Assembly: GCA_028023455.1 (NCBI GenBank)
Contig: JAQFVV010000001.1
Span: forward strand, 3,906,001-3,970,000
Origin: Epiperipatus broadwayi
Lineage: Eukaryota > Animalia > Onychophora
Direction: 5' to 3'
Length of the DNA: 64,000 bases
Shown here: one piece after another, positions 39,601 through 54,455 of the stretch
Layout: every line of letters starts with the position of its first letter
Numbering within the stretch: the stretch's first letter is position 1
Program-made: the position numbers and the translations under genes
Notes under the pieces: model-generated
Seen by the model: the letters and a program-made list of their open reading frames with translations, nothing else
Databases searched by the model: none
Told to the model about the DNA's origin: nothing

Positions 39601-42289
39601 TTGAGATATAATCAAATTTCTTTCTCCTTTGCATGTGTTTTCTGATAGGGAGTCAGTAGTTCAGTAGTAGTCAAGTTTGGTATGTGTGTGTATGTAAACC
39701 TTTTCTATTCCTAGTAATGTGACTCCTTTTACTTGATGGAAAAACATCTTTTTACCACTTCCTCTAATCTTTCCATCTTAGTGTTTGGTCAATTTTGTAT
39801 CTGTAGAGTAGACTAAAAATAAAACTCATTTACATATTTTTCACAAATCTTAAATAACATATGGTGTATAAAATAATTATTTAAAAAACTAAAATTATTA
39901 CAGAAAAATAAAATACAGCAAAATAAAATATATTGTTTTGAAAAGAATATTAAAATCACTCTTTTATAACTATTTTAGACTATATTAAATAAATAAATTA
40001 GAAATTCACTAGAATTCAACTTAATATTTTAATTAAATTAAAGGTATTTAAAAATGATATTCAACATTATAAAACAATGAAGTGTAAATTAAAATTAATA
40101 AATGTAAGCATACTCATACACATGTACACTCAATTAAAAATCAACAACTCTTTTAATAGTAATAAAACAATCCTTTGTCTTTTAAATTAACCAATATAGC
40201 TTTAGCTTTATCTATTTAATCTTAATGATATTAGCTTGAATAAATATGCTCTTGCTAATAGTTAATTTACATAGAAATGATCTATTATAAGTAAGCAAAT
40301 TTAACATTAAAATCTGATATTAAAAATTTTAATTCAATTACTATCACTGTTTAATTCAAACACTAAACTTTAAATTACTAAGGACTATGTAAAACCAATC
40401 TTAGTTTTTAGCACTAATTTCTTGCTAAATAGAAAATACATCTCTAGTTTAAATATTTAAAAATTACTTCAACTATAAATAAGTTTAGATTAACACAATA
40501 AAATATTACAATTAGTTTTAATAATGTTCAGGACTTATAAAAGTACTCAATAATATATAAATATAAATTGGCATCTAATTGTATAGTTTTGATAAAACTA
40601 ACTTGCAATAAAATTAAGTTAATGAAAAAAAAAAATTTTTTTTTAATATGTAAATAGATTAAAACGCTGAATGTCTAGCTTCACTATGTTTGATTTATAT
40701 CCACAAATATAGTGAGTTTGGTGACTTAATGTTATTCTTCAAAAATATTATCACCAGCTTTCTATTGATAATATAGAAATAAATATCTGTTATTTAAGAT
40801 GGCACTGTGGTATAATGCTGTTTAGTAACTAGGTGAGATAACTAATGAAGCACTAACAAAAATATTGTAAGCAATGCCTTAATCTAATTCAGCATAAAAA
40901 TAAAATTATACTAATCACAAAACAATCAAAATTGTGGATTATTGAGAACAAGCCATTTAATTAGTAAACTATCAAAACAACAATTATTGATACATCAATA
41001 AGCTATTTACAATTTAGCTTATAAATAAATATATATATACTTTAATTAAGAATATGAATTATTAGCAGAATATTAATACAGATCATTGACTTGATTCACC
41101 TACTAATCTTGATATAATAAGCTTAACTTTTATGTTATTATTTAAGACATTTAATAATGACAAAATTTTAATCTAGTAGTATTGATATTCAGGTATAACA
41201 TAAGAAATATAAATAAGCAAATCATAATCAAAAAGAGTAAATTAAAAATTGCATACTTTGTCAAAATTTATTTATAATAAAAATTTTGAAACTTATTTTA
41301 AATAATTTTTTTAACAGAAAATTAACACAGATTCAACTGTTTATTTATAATTACATGTTGGATTACCCCCAATATCTAGAATCAATTGTTAAATGTCTGG
41401 AAAAACTCAAACTTGCATGCAATTACTATGGGTGAATATATTTGAAAAGTTGAAATAAAGTTTAAATTTTTCTAAAGGTATTTAGCAATTAATTCTAGAT
41501 AATGGATATAGTCCAACATATAATTACAAATAAAATTTTCAGACAAATTTTAAATTTTCTTTGCCTATATTTCCAACTCCAAATTCTCAGATTATTCATC
41601 CATTTCTTCTCTTTAATGTAGTTTAGTAATGATACCTAATGATAAATATACTCACTTAAGTATGATATTGTGGAATTTAACAGTGACTAGTTAATGGAAT
41701 ACTTTCATAAATAATCAGGAGGGATTGAGAGCTAAGTATTATTTTAAAGTCAATACATATTAATAGTTATGGAATCATGTCTATGGAATGTAAAATAAGA
41801 CCATGTAATTGCAGGTCGTGTTGCCAAAAGCTTATTTTCTAAGCCAATTCTTTTTGATATTTTTCTAATTGTTAGAAGTCAGTATATTTATCTAAATATT
41901 GTTCTTCTGCCCTGCTCTCTGCACTCAGTTTGCTCAACTATTTTTGTTTCTCTTTATATATATTTCCAAAAATTATTTGCCAATCCAAAAATAACTAGGT
42001 CTCTTGTTTACAAATTTGTTCCTTCAAAACATAAACTTTTATTATTATTTAAGTTAATGAAGAATATAAAACTCAGCAATGTTTACAAAAACAAGCCTAT
42101 ATATATATATAAGAAAACAAAGGAAAAGTAGACACAATGTATAGCCAATTTTTATTGTCGGTGCTGAATCTTATTTATGGTACAATTATAAATTAGCATT
42201 ATTAAAATATATAAAAACATAACTTTATACAAATAAAATTCAATATAGCTCTACTCTACATATGCCAATTTTTAAATATATTTTATCAT

Positions 42290-42900
42290 TATCAATAATA
42301 TGGACAGATCCATAGAGCAGTCACTTCATAAATTTGTCCATTTTCCCACTCTATTCTCTTCGGTGCTCCATTCTTTAATTCTACATATCTCTTTCCATCT
42401 TTTATATCATCCAGCAAGATCAATCTTTTCCATTCTGTATTCATGTTTCCATTCACCATTCCCTCTAAAATGTCTTTTATTAAACTATTTTTTCTTTTTA
42501 ATATATGTCAATTCTGTTTCTCTTTTTATCTTTAATTTTCTTAATCATTTTTTTTTTCATTTACTCTTTTCAAAACTTCTTTATTTATCATTTCATTCAT
42601 CTAATTACGTTTTTTCATCCTTCTTCATGATCATATCTCAAAGGTTTCCAATCTACTCCTAATTTTTTTTAATCATTGTCTATGTTTCACAACCATATAA
42701 TAATACACTCCACGCATACTATTTGATGAATCTTTTCCGTAATTCTCTCTTTAAAGCTCCACAAAATATTTTCTTTATTTTAATAAATGCCTTCTCTGCC
42801 AAAGCTATTCTTTTAACTTTATCTTCCCTTCTTCCATCCTCACTCAATCAACTACTTTGCAAATATCTAAATCCATTTATCTGTGTAACTATATTATTAT
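42290..42900 (-). mobile_element. RTE LINE 3' fragment
   Basis: FRYLQS.LSEDGRREDKVKRIALAEKAF...YAWSVLLYGCET*T...LETFEI...DILEGMVNG...LLDDIK. Trp codons have mostly mutated to TAG/TGA. Confidence 0.8.
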
Positions 42901-44784
42901 GCATTTCAACATTCTAGATTATATATAATTAAATCGTTAAATTTCTCATAATAATCACGTAAGACTATATAGAGTCAATATATTCAAAGGTAAACATAAA
43001 AATTAAATTTAACAACAAAAAAAAAACTTGTAACTATGCTTTATATGAATATATACAAGCAAATAGCTTGTTATATTAGAATAACTGTTTGAAATGTAAT
43101 GATTGTTGTGGTTTTTATTTAGATTTCATTTTCAGTTTTCTATTTATTCTAATATATATGCGTATATATATATATATGTGTGTGTGTTTATATAAATCAA
43201 AAGTAGTAATCGTAAAAGTTTTCATTAATCCCTGATGAAAAATGAATTACATTACACTATTGTTAAAATAATAATTAATAGTAATTGTCGTAATTTTATT
43301 TTCAGCAAAAATCTTTTCATTCATAAATGTTTAATTTGGAATTTAAAATGTAAAACAAAAGTCAACTTTATTAATTACTCTTGTGGAATTAATTCATTTT
43401 CTTTAATAGTTGCAAAGTTATTTCAAAACAAGTTTTAAAATTGATGGTACGTTCACTGGATTAAAATATTTTTTAATCATTCTAAACTAGTCGCAAATTA
43501 CAATTCGTAAATACAGTAATTTTCATGTGTAGAATTTTTGCCGGCATGATGTTTGTGTGTGTGCATTTATTTAATATCATCTTATATATATGTTAAATGT
43601 TTTTATTGCTATTAATATGGAAAACAGTGACTTTGTTATAAAAATATTTTTAAATCAGTAAACTTGCTTCCAACAATTCACTTTAAAAAATATATACACG
43701 AGCAGGCATCCATGCCAAATAATTTTAGCTTCAAAGGGCTTTATTGAACTATAAGTTTACAAAACAGTACTTAGTACCACGTAGTAGGATATAGTGAGAA
43801 AAGTCTATGAGGTTTTAAACAAAGGATGATATGTGGTTTACATTATATACTCTGTATGTTTATCCCATACTAGCTCTTTAACATCTATTTATAAAATATT
43901 ATTATTATTACAAATTATAATGAAAACATATAGTGGCATAAATGCCTTGGACAATTTTTCTCAATGCTCTAAAAATTGTGGATTCAAAAGCTAAAGGCAT
44001 TTATAAATTTTTAGCCCAACCAGTCACGTTATTGCTTGATGACCATTGTTTTACAAGCAGCTAATTATAATTCTTTAAATATATATATATATATAGAGAG
44101 AGAGAAATGCCTTACTCTTACCTCAATTGTTTATTGGCTAATAATCAAGTTATCATTAAATGTCATCACTCTAAAGTCTGTAGTGAATAGCTGGTATTCC
44201 AAGTCACATAAAATATTGTCTTATTCATAAAATTATATCTTCAATTAATATTCATACCTCTTTGTTTATTTTATGGGTGCACAGATACACACAAAAGCTA
44301 TGAATATCATATTTCCTACAAATAAAATGATATTTAATATGATCCTTTGTCTATAAAAAATAGAATACTAAAAATCTCAATCTTATGATTAGTCTATTTT
44401 TGAGCAGTTAATCTTCATAGCACTTTGACGTGAATGATCAAAATCCCATTCACAAATTTGTTATTCTTTCTATTTTATGTTTTTACTTCCATGCAAAAAT
44501 GCCTGTATTTATTATTTTCAGTATATCTTTATACATTAATATTAGATGCATTACCTTTCATATTGGCATTACCCCCCCCCCCCAATTTTAGTATGCCACA
44601 TGACATTACTTTTTATTCTTGGAATTTCTAAGTGTAGATTAATATTAAACATTGATTTACTCAGTCGGACATGTGCTCAATGGATTGGTTTTAATATATT
44701 GGTAGTCTTTTAGATAGAACAACATGGACATTGAGGTACAATATAGATTTCACATGATCATCATTTCTTATGCTTGCTCAAACG

Positions 44785-44997
44785 GTTAAATCAGGCAAAA
44801 CTCTCCGTACAATAGTGCCACTCAGTGAAAGCCAGAGTAATCAATAGTTGCAAGAAAGTTTGTGCATAAAATCTGTATCTAGTGCCTACTCATCCAATAT
44901 CCCCAGACTAGTTTCTAGCTTTCATTAGTGAGGAGTCTTGGATCTGAGAGTACTGTTTGAGTGACACTATTTTATGGAGAGTTTTGCCTGTTTTAAC
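44785..44997. mobile_element. Short family B foldback with decayed hammerhead
   Basis: ~40-bp inverted ends gttaaatcaggcaaaactctcc... / ...ggagagttttgcctgttttaac. Minus-strand CCUCA-CUAAUGA-AAGCUA-GAAAC-UA-GUC-UGGGG at 44901-44933 has G5A and a stem II deletion. Confidence 0.78.
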
Positions 44998-47900
44998 ATA
45001 GATTTCAATGTATTGCTGCTACTATTACATTAATAAGTTAAGAGATATAATATTTCTCACCATAATGATATAGCTGTAATTTAATTCTACAACCAGTTAA
45101 TTGACCTAAAATAAAAGCACTGAATATGTTTTTTTTTTTTTTTTTTTTTTAAAGAAAACTATAATTAAACATACAATATAAAAATCATGTGTTCAATTGA
45201 TGTATTACTTATATTGTTGGGAGTGCAATATTGGCCCCATAGTTGTAAAAGTATATCTTCATTGAATTGGGATTTAAGCAAAGTGCTTTAATTAAAGATG
45301 TTTAAAAAGGAAAACATTGATTGCTTTGATTGGGATTAATATAACTAAGGATAGAAATACAATGAACAGATACAATCAGATTTGATGTTTGTTAGAATAA
45401 AAAAAGCTTGTTGCAAAAAAAAAAAAAAGTCAAAAGATTGCATTTGCATAGTGATTACAATATTCAAGCTTAATTTTTTGTTGTCTTCTTTTGTAGTTAG
45501 CTGTCTGTGATTGGTTTATAAGTGATGAGATCAATCATGACTTTTACTTCTAATATATTTTTATACAATGTATTGTTTTAGATTTTCTTAAATTTAGCTA
45601 TGTTATAAACTGCCATTTTCTACTGAAATATACTTCAGTCAAAGATGGGATTACTTCAAAAATTGGATCTAAATATCTGATATTTTAAAAAAAATTGATA
45701 TCCTAGAAAATTTTAAAATAGAGATTCAGTTTTATGGCATTTCTAATTTCTTCCTTTTTACTTCATATATTCAGAAATTAATCTTTTCTTAATTAAGTAT
45801 AGTTTAAATGTTGGTGTGTTCCAAGTAGACATCATCATTATTTATAAAATTTTAGACATGGAATCTAGTTATAATTCTAAAATGTTGAAGAACAGATGCT
45901 AAGTAATTGAGAGCTCTTTGCTAGTAAAAGCCAAGATCATGATTATACTTGCTTCCTATTAAATTAAAAGATTCTGAATGCTAATGTTGGTATTTATCTC
46001 TTTAAAGAAATAATTTTTCTGCTTTTAAATTGGTCAATAGGAACAACTTTTAATAGAAATAATCTAACTTAAGAGTCTAATAATTATTTTAAATCTTTCT
46101 TTTGAAGTGGACATCACTTATCAGGTCTCTGGCCTTGAGAAATTCTTTTTTGTTTTAAAATATCTGTTCTTTAAACTTATTTCTGTGCAACTACCAACAT
46201 TTTATTTCTTTTTATAAAATAGAATATTTTGTTTAATAAAAAAATTATCTATACCCAACCCCAAAATTATATAAGCTCTTAAAGCCATATAGATTTTAAG
46301 TCACACACTTAGATAATTAGCTACAGTAATAATAAAAAAATTATATCATCTAGTAAAACATTTGTTAAAATGTTCACTAACACTATAGCTAATTGAGTGA
46401 GTGCTAAAAATCTAGGCCATCTTTATAATCTACAATTGGCATATAATGAAATGAGAGTTTACTAAGATAATAATCATTGATGGAGTAAAGACTGGACTAT
46501 GTCTTTAAAGATGTGGTAGTGTTTCAGATACAATCAGCCTTTTCTGAATCTTCTCTGTGCTCTTTTTTTTAGTTACTCTTTTTTTTTCAACTTAGCTTCA
46601 ATAACTTAGAATAGCAAATTTGATTTTAAGAAGATTTTCCATATCATTTGTCATTTTTTCTGCACTAACTCTGATATTGGGGTAATATGCTATGCAAACA
46701 TATCTTATAATATTTAATTAAATTTACAGCAATTGTAATTCCAATCATTTTCTCTTTTTCTTTTTGTATTCAGTCTGTACGCATATGAACCTATGAATGC
46801 CCCTGGCATTAAAAAAAACAGTTGTGTAGACAGTCTTAGCAGAATGGAAATCCTTTGTTGAAACACTACAATCAAAAATGAGTTGCTTTAAAATTGGGCT
46901 GAGACAGAAGTTTCATTTCATAAATCATTATATGTTTGAATACTGTTTTAAAAACCCATTCATAGATATATAAATATTTAGAGAAGCTAGTTTACAGATG
47001 GCTTATTTGACAAAATTTTGTTATTTTAACTGGTAGATTTCTTACTTGGATAAAAATATTTATAATATTGGTAATAGTAATGATAGCAAAGAAGAAGATA
47101 ATGATCATAATAAAGGTATTTTAATTTTTCCCTAAATATAGGTATATAAACTTTGTTTGATATATATTTTTCAAGACCTAAAGACAGAATAAGGATTCTA
47201 TAAAAAGTAGTGACTGACTTACTTGAAATGAGCCATAATAATTCATGCCAATGTAGATCTCAATTGTCCTCTACTAACAGCAAAACCACCTATAAAGAAC
47301 AAGAGCAAGTGAGTGGATAGCAATAAAGCATTAGAAAAGCAAAGATCTTAATAGAAATTCCTCATTTAAAAGACCTATAACATTAATAGAAAACATAACA
47401 TATGAGAAAAGATTTGGAAAAATATAAGTAAACTTAACTTTCAATTTGACAATTCCATAACCCATTATATCCCAAAATATTATTTCCATTGATTGAGTAA
47501 TTTGAGGCATTAATGAATTCAAATATCAAATTCTGGTCATATTAGAGGAATTCTAAAAATTAATGTTCAACATAAATCCAAATATGTACATCTCATTTCT
47601 AAAAGTCATCCAGATAATGCTTCAAAATAATAAGAAAGCTAAACTTTGCTTTAAAAATATAAATAAGATTCAGGATAAAAAATAAATCAAGAAAGTATGT
47701 ACTTTTTATTGTAGCCCCATTTAATATGCAAGATCTTATGGTATGATTTTATACAGATGACAACCATATATTGGATTATGCAAGAGGCCAAAATCTTTTG
47801 TGCTGGAATGATTATAAAGATCTTACCATTCAAATTATATTGCTCAAGAGATGTGTGTTGCCTTCAATATAATATCAATCAGCATGAAAGTTTGCTAAAA

Positions 47901-48412
47901 TTAAAGCAAATTTGCAAGAGATATATGGCAAATAAAATTAGAACAAGTATTTAATAAACCCATGAAATTTTTTCTATTATACCAGGGATTATAAAAGATT
48001 ATGAGTCAGGACAAAAAAGTGACTAGCCACATCAAGTCAGATCACATCCTCTATTTATCAGTACAAATTGCTGTTGAAAAAAACAGCACAATCGGATGAT
48101 AAAGTAATGTTATAGTGTTATAAGAAATGTCTCTGCAAGGCCATGCCTAGATAAAATAATTATATAATTATACCTAATCACAATATTATTTGTTCAATTC
48201 ATGAACTACTCATCATTTCAAAGGCAGACAGATATTTGTAACATTTGACCTCATCAAGTTATTAGCAAATTAAAAGTGCAACCACAATAAACAGCTTTTA
48301 GCTTATAATGACTATTCATGTGTTTTTAACAGAATGCCATATGAATTAATAAATAGTGGGACAAACTTTCTGAATTACTTGAATCATTCTGCTGTCATTA
48401 TATATATATATA

Positions 48413-48443
<31 letters not shown>

Positions 48444-50252
48444 GTCTTATAGCAATGTATATTGTTGATATATTCATTACATCTAAATATTTTGATGAAC
48501 AGCTAAAGCAATTAGTATTATTTTATAAACAATGTTTGTAAAGAAAGGAATAAAATAAATTTTAGTACAGGATCTTATAATAAAGTTGTATTCAAGCATC
48601 TTCCCACTGGATCAAAAGAGAACAGGCCACATCCAGTTAAAATTAAATCCATAAAAGAAATTTTCAAAGGCAAAAATAAGAAAGTAGGCAGGATTATTTT
48701 TAGGCAAACTGTAATTTTACTATAATTTTGGAGATGGAATAAACCTTTAACCATGATCAAAACTAGAATAAGATTAAAGATAATTTTATGAGCTTGGTAA
48801 AGCTTATATACCCTGTCTTTAGTAAATTGTTCAATGTGCAAACAGTCTGTAGTGGCTACAGCATGGCATTCTGTATTTCATAAACCAAATACTAAACTGC
48901 TCAAAGTTAAATTATAAAGTCATAGAAAAAGAGGCTCTAGTAATTGTCTAGCTGTTCTAAAAATGTAGACAATTTCTCTTAAGTTTAGAGATGAAATGAG
49001 AATTGATCATAAAGACCTCCAAATTCTTGAATGATACTTATTTCCTTGTTGATATTGCTTCATAGTAGTTTCCTGTTTCAAAAATTCAATTATACTGTTA
49101 AGTGCTATTAGGGTTTTGAAAATGAAATAATGAATATCCTGAGCTCCAACAAACAGCCTATTCAAGGGCATTTATATCTGGAAAATGAATACATTGACAC
49201 TATAGGTTGAATGTTGATGAGTCAAAAAAAGATTTGCCGCACTTATCTAGTCTTCATAAATAAGACATACAAATGTTATTTCTCAACTGAAAATGATTTG
49301 GTAATAAATATCAACAAAGAGGAAATAAAGACATTTATAGAAGAGTTGTATCACCTATATTGAGACATGAATATAATGGTGTTAAGAAAATGGAACACTT
49401 GATTCATTGTTTCATTGGTTTGGGATGTAGCTAGATTTTGCAAACCTGATCACTTTTCAATCATTTTATCTACTTTACTCCATCTTTGTGAGAGGTTGAA
49501 ATACTTGAATAGAGATGCTTAAGTGTGAAGTCATTTGAACAAATAAATGTTATGCCAAATACTAGTTCCAAATAGTGCATTATTATCTTGCCTCAAACAA
49601 AATCACAATTAAGAATTCTAATACAATTGTTACAAATAGTTGGTTTACATTTGGGTCCTATTACAACCTATATGATGAAAGACCTTAAGACAAAAGTAGA
49701 GGAGACCGAAAAAAGCCAAAATTGTTTGTATTGTAACAAATATACAGCTTTTAGAGAACCTATTTTGATATACAAGATATCATGTATTTTATTTAAGCTG
49801 AAACAAGACTTAACATTTAATGATTCACTTACATCCTATTAGGTAGCAAAATATATTCTTGTTTCAGTATTTGCTATCCATTATTTGCAGTTAACTATCA
49901 CAGCATAAGGTCATTCTACCATTCACCAACCTTCACATACATATGCATGCACACCCTTGTGTGCATTTTTGCAACTGTCATTAATTAAATATGAATGTTA
50001 GCAAAATAGCTATTGGATGAGAAAGAAGGCATATATAATCAAACTAGTTTATAATAACATTAATTAAAATGATGAAATAATAACTGACATATAATGTGGC
50101 ATTTGAGTCCAATAAATATAATTTACTGAATGATACTAAGTTTTTAAAACTTTGAAACATCTCTTCATATATTTCAATAAATAAATTATATGTGTGTGTG
50201 TGTGATTTTATACACATTATGGATCAAGAAATAGTAGTAGCCAATTTTCTAA

Positions 50253-50526
50253 ACAGTAGTGCCACATAGTGCAAGACTTTGTAATCAATGAATGCAGGAA
50301 AGTTTATGCATAAAATCCCCATATACTGCTTACTCATCCAATATTTCCAGACCAGATTCTAGCTTGTGGCTTTGCTTAGGATTTGAGAACTCTGCACCTA
50401 AATCTAAGGATCTAAAGCAAACCTCCAGCACCATTTACCTATTTAGTTAATTATAAAGTTAGGAGTTCAAGATGAAATCACATTAGTGTTTTCAATTCAA
50501 GCTCATTCGTCTGTATAGTCATATAG
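50253..50526 (-). mobile_element. Old solo family B copy (no inverted arm)
   Basis: Colinear with 28317-28600, including the region upstream of the ribozyme. The hammerhead core is largely lost. Confidence 0.65.
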
Positions 50527-51408
50527 ATCTAAACTCAATGGTGATCATGTGATGTAGAAATAATATTGGTATATTAATAATATCTAGCAAAACAAATTAA
50601 ATATTAAATAAAACAAGAATCAAATAATACTTTTTTCCCCCCTGTTTTAAAAAAACGAAGAAATTTTTATGATAATTGTAATGTGTGTATCATCTACTTA
50701 TCAATTTATTTACTTTGCAGCCTATCTCTCTTTCATCTAAATCACAGGTGCTATACTATTTGAAATGATGAAAATTAACTATTAATGATTAATAAAAGTA
50801 ACAATAAAATAAAATAAATTAACAAGATATCGCGATTTTTTTTTTACTTAATTACAATTCTTGATATTAAAATTTATTATATTTTGATTTGCAAGTGGAA
50901 AGCTTACTCCACCCACAACTTTGACATTATTCACTCTAGATAAATACAGTAATGATTATCACTAATCATTTATTAAGCTAGAGATTATCTCTAGACCAGA
51001 TATAAACTTTAAACCTCAGTTAAAGATGATATGTTTTATTTTAATTACACACACGTTGAGTATTTATCTTTTATTGTATCTCTATTCATATGATTTCAAA
51101 AGAAAGTGGTGGTGTGGAGATTATTTAATACATTTATAAAAGTTAAAATTTATATTTTCTATAAATAAAAGGCTTAATTTTTATTTAATTCAATTTTATA
51201 TATATACTTAAAATTAAATCTTATTAAAATGATTGAAATCAAATTACAGATATTTTTTTTAAATAAAAATTATGAATGTTACTAAAGAAAATAAAGTGAA
51301 TTTAAACTAAAACAGATTACATATTTTATTTAAACTATTATAAATTATTTATCTATGTGATTATATGATATTGAATAAATTGCGATATTACTTTTTTATT
51401 AATTCAGA

Positions 51409-51521
51409 GGCCAACTGATGAGTGTTGATTCTGTATGAAATACTATGTATGGTCACGTGTGTTTTGTTGCTTGAGATAGAATGGAGGATGAATAGACTGA
51501 AAAATCCAGAGTTCAGATCCC
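51409..51521 (+). mobile_element. Solo decayed family A copy (hammerhead + tRNA-like tail)
   Basis: GGCCAA-CTGATGA-GTGTTG(ATT)CTGTAT-GAAA-TAC...TGGTC, ending GAGTTCAGATCCC. Confidence 0.65.
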
Positions 51522-53344
51522 TCTCTTTACATGTATAAGAAACATTCAGTATAAGCAAATTGCATTCTACCTTAGAATTGAATATTACTTTTTATATCTA
51601 TCATAATATTATTAATTTTATCTTTGTTGTATATGTATTTTTTGACATGTGTATGTTTAATGAAACGGATTGATTTATTTTCTTTTTTATTTACTTGCTG
51701 CACTTTTGGGTCATGTCTGTGCGTGTTATTTCACTCCATTCTCAGGACAAATTAAATATTATTGATTATAAATTAATTTTGATATGGGTAAGTTTTACAA
51801 ATAAATACATAACGCTTTATACAATAGCATGCCCATTTCTAATAATATATACATTGCATTGATAAATTCTTTAAATATAATGCTTCATTAAACTTTAAAT
51901 ATTTTAGCATTAAAGGTTCAAATCCTTTTTTGCAGAACATATATATCTATAAACTCTTCAATAATATATCTACTTAAAAAACTTTATTTAAAAATGATTA
52001 ATATATATATAAAATTTATATATGTAATTATGAACCCCATATAGCATAGATCTAACATCTACAAGTCCTTTAAGAAATTTAATTCTAAGCTATTATTTTA
52101 ATATTAATATGAAAACATGGTTGTACTAAAAACTTCTTAAAAACATGCTCTATAGTAATAGAGAACATTTTTAAGTTGTTTCTGTCACGATTAAAAATAA
52201 TGGATGTAATAATAATAAACTTTGATATATATATATATTACTATTTAAATTTCTGGTACCAACAAATAACTAGTGAAAAATGTTTTAATTTTTTTTATTT
52301 AAATATAAAGTTACATGTTCTTAATATAATCTATTAAGAGATAATTAAATAAATGTGCTGATCTTAACATCAATTCTGAAATTCAGTTTATACATGCTAT
52401 ATATATATATGGCATATTATATATAAGGCAAAACTTTTATTTAACAAGACCGATTTGTTATTACTTTATAAATCTGTATACAATTCTTATTAAATAAATA
52501 CACACTCAACACTATACATATAAGAAGCCATTAAACAATGATTTGCTATAATGATCATCATTATTCACTATTTATGCCAATCTTTAAAAAAAAAAAAGTA
52601 TAATGTCCACTACTTTTTTAAATGGAGACCATTTTGTAATATTGTTATCATTATAGAATAGTAATGCCATTAAAGTAATTTCTAATTTCATTTTTGCAAG
52701 ATAAAATCACAAATTTGACCCCAAGAAAAAAAAGTACTATACAAGATTTATTTCTTAAGTAATAAAAAATACTTAAGATAATGTACAATAATACTTAGAG
52801 TGCAATTATATTAAATAGAAAATATCATTCTTATTCGGTATTCTTATACTGTAGTCTGTAATAGAATTTCTGATACACTGATGATAAAGATGCTTTTCAT
52901 TGTTAAAATAAATAACCTCTGCAAAATTACAAATTTTATCCAATAATTAAAAATAAACTTTAGGTATATACAGAATTAAAGTGCTGTACAAATATATTTT
53001 AAAATGTATATATTACCTAAAAAAAATTTTCATTTAACTAATTTCTATTTAATATTTTCATTCTTATAAAAACTCTAATTTTCCCAGACACAAATGATGA
53101 TTATCATAAGTGTAAACAATATCATAAGAAAATAAAAGATTTAATCACTTACATTATTACCACTATCAATTATACAATAGATTTCTTAATTTAATTTTGT
53201 TTAATTAAGATTACACTTTTATTATAGGATTAATTAAAACTGTATTTTTATAACAGGTGATTATTGATTTCTAAAAAAAAAAAAATTTGCTAGCAATGCT
53301 GTAAAAAAAATTAGGTAATTACAAAAAAAAAAAATATTAATAGA

Positions 53345-54455
53345 ATATTATTTTAATTTGCAAAGCAAAGATAGTTGAAAATTGAAATAAATTGCGATAC
53401 TGCCGAATCTCACTGCACTCGTTACAATACCTAACCAACAGGATGTCATGATAACCATCTAAATGACAATCAAACCCAAACACACGACAAAGATTTTACG
53501 AGAAAAGGGCGGCCACCCTTCTCTCAACTTTTTTTTCTATATATCTAAGCCAGTTGTAAGTATTTAAGTTTGAAAGCTTGAAGCTTTAAATATCTTCACA
53601 AATAACTCACTGAGTCTAAATCATAAACATGCAACATGAAATCCTATGATTTACTACATAGTAGTATTTAGAATACATAACAAGCAGTAAAGTATGTAAA
53701 TAATATTTTAATTTGCGAAGCGCAGATAGTTGAAAATTGAAATAAATTGAGATACTTCCAAATCTCACTGCACTCATTACAATACCTAACCAACAGCCAA
53801 TCAGATGTCATGATAGCTGTCTAAATGACAATCAAACCCAAACACACAACAAAGATTTTCTGAGAAAAGGGCGGCCATCCTTCTCTCAACTTTTCTTTCT
53901 ATATATCTAAGCCAGTCGTACATATTTAAGTTTGAAAGCTTGAAGCTTTAAATATCTTCACAAGAAGGGTAGTCAGTCTTTTCTCATAAAATCTTTGTCA
54001 TGTGTTTGGATTTGATTGTTGTTTAGATGGCTATCATGACATCTGATTGGCTGTCAGTTAGATATTGTAATGAGTGCAGTGAGATTTGGCAGTATCTCAA
54101 TTTATTTCAATTTTCAACTATCTGCGCTTTGCAAATTAAAATATTCTTTACATACTTTACTGCTTGTTATGTATTCTAAAAACTACTATGTAGTAAATCA
54201 TAGGATTTCACGTTGTATGTTTATGATTTAGACTCAGTGAGGTATTTGTGAAGATATTTAAAGCTTCAAGCTTTCAAACTTAAATACTTATGACTGGCTT
54301 AGATATATAGAAAGAAAAGTTAAGAGAAGGGTGGCTGCTATTTTCTCATAAAATCTTTGTCATGTGTTTGGGTTTGATTGTTGTTTAGATGGCTATCATG
54401 ACATCTGATTGGCTGTCTGTTAGGTATTGTAACGAGTGCAGTGAGATTCGGCAGT
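53345..54455. mobile_element. Single insertion made of a ~355-bp tandem unit folded into a ~490-bp-arm palindrome
   Basis: Forward units start at 53351 and 53706. Segment 53963-54457 is the reverse complement of 53397-53884. 11-bp TSD atattaataga at 53334-53344 and 54456-54466. Confidence 0.85.

Noticed and set aside
34033-42917. Plus-strand ORFs 34033-34326, 42300-42662, 42723-42917
   Set aside because: They are antisense to decayed RTE LINE sequence.
45200-49900. GC-richer patches that may be very old TE coding remnants (also 37560-38200, 61100-63180)
   Set aside because: No motif is clear enough to assign class, strand or boundaries by eye.
53606-53655. Hammerhead within the 355-bp unit (TAAATCA...GAAA-TCC-TA-TGATTTA)
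   Set aside because: The CUGANGA core is absent in both the forward and inverted copies, so a simple hairpin explains it.
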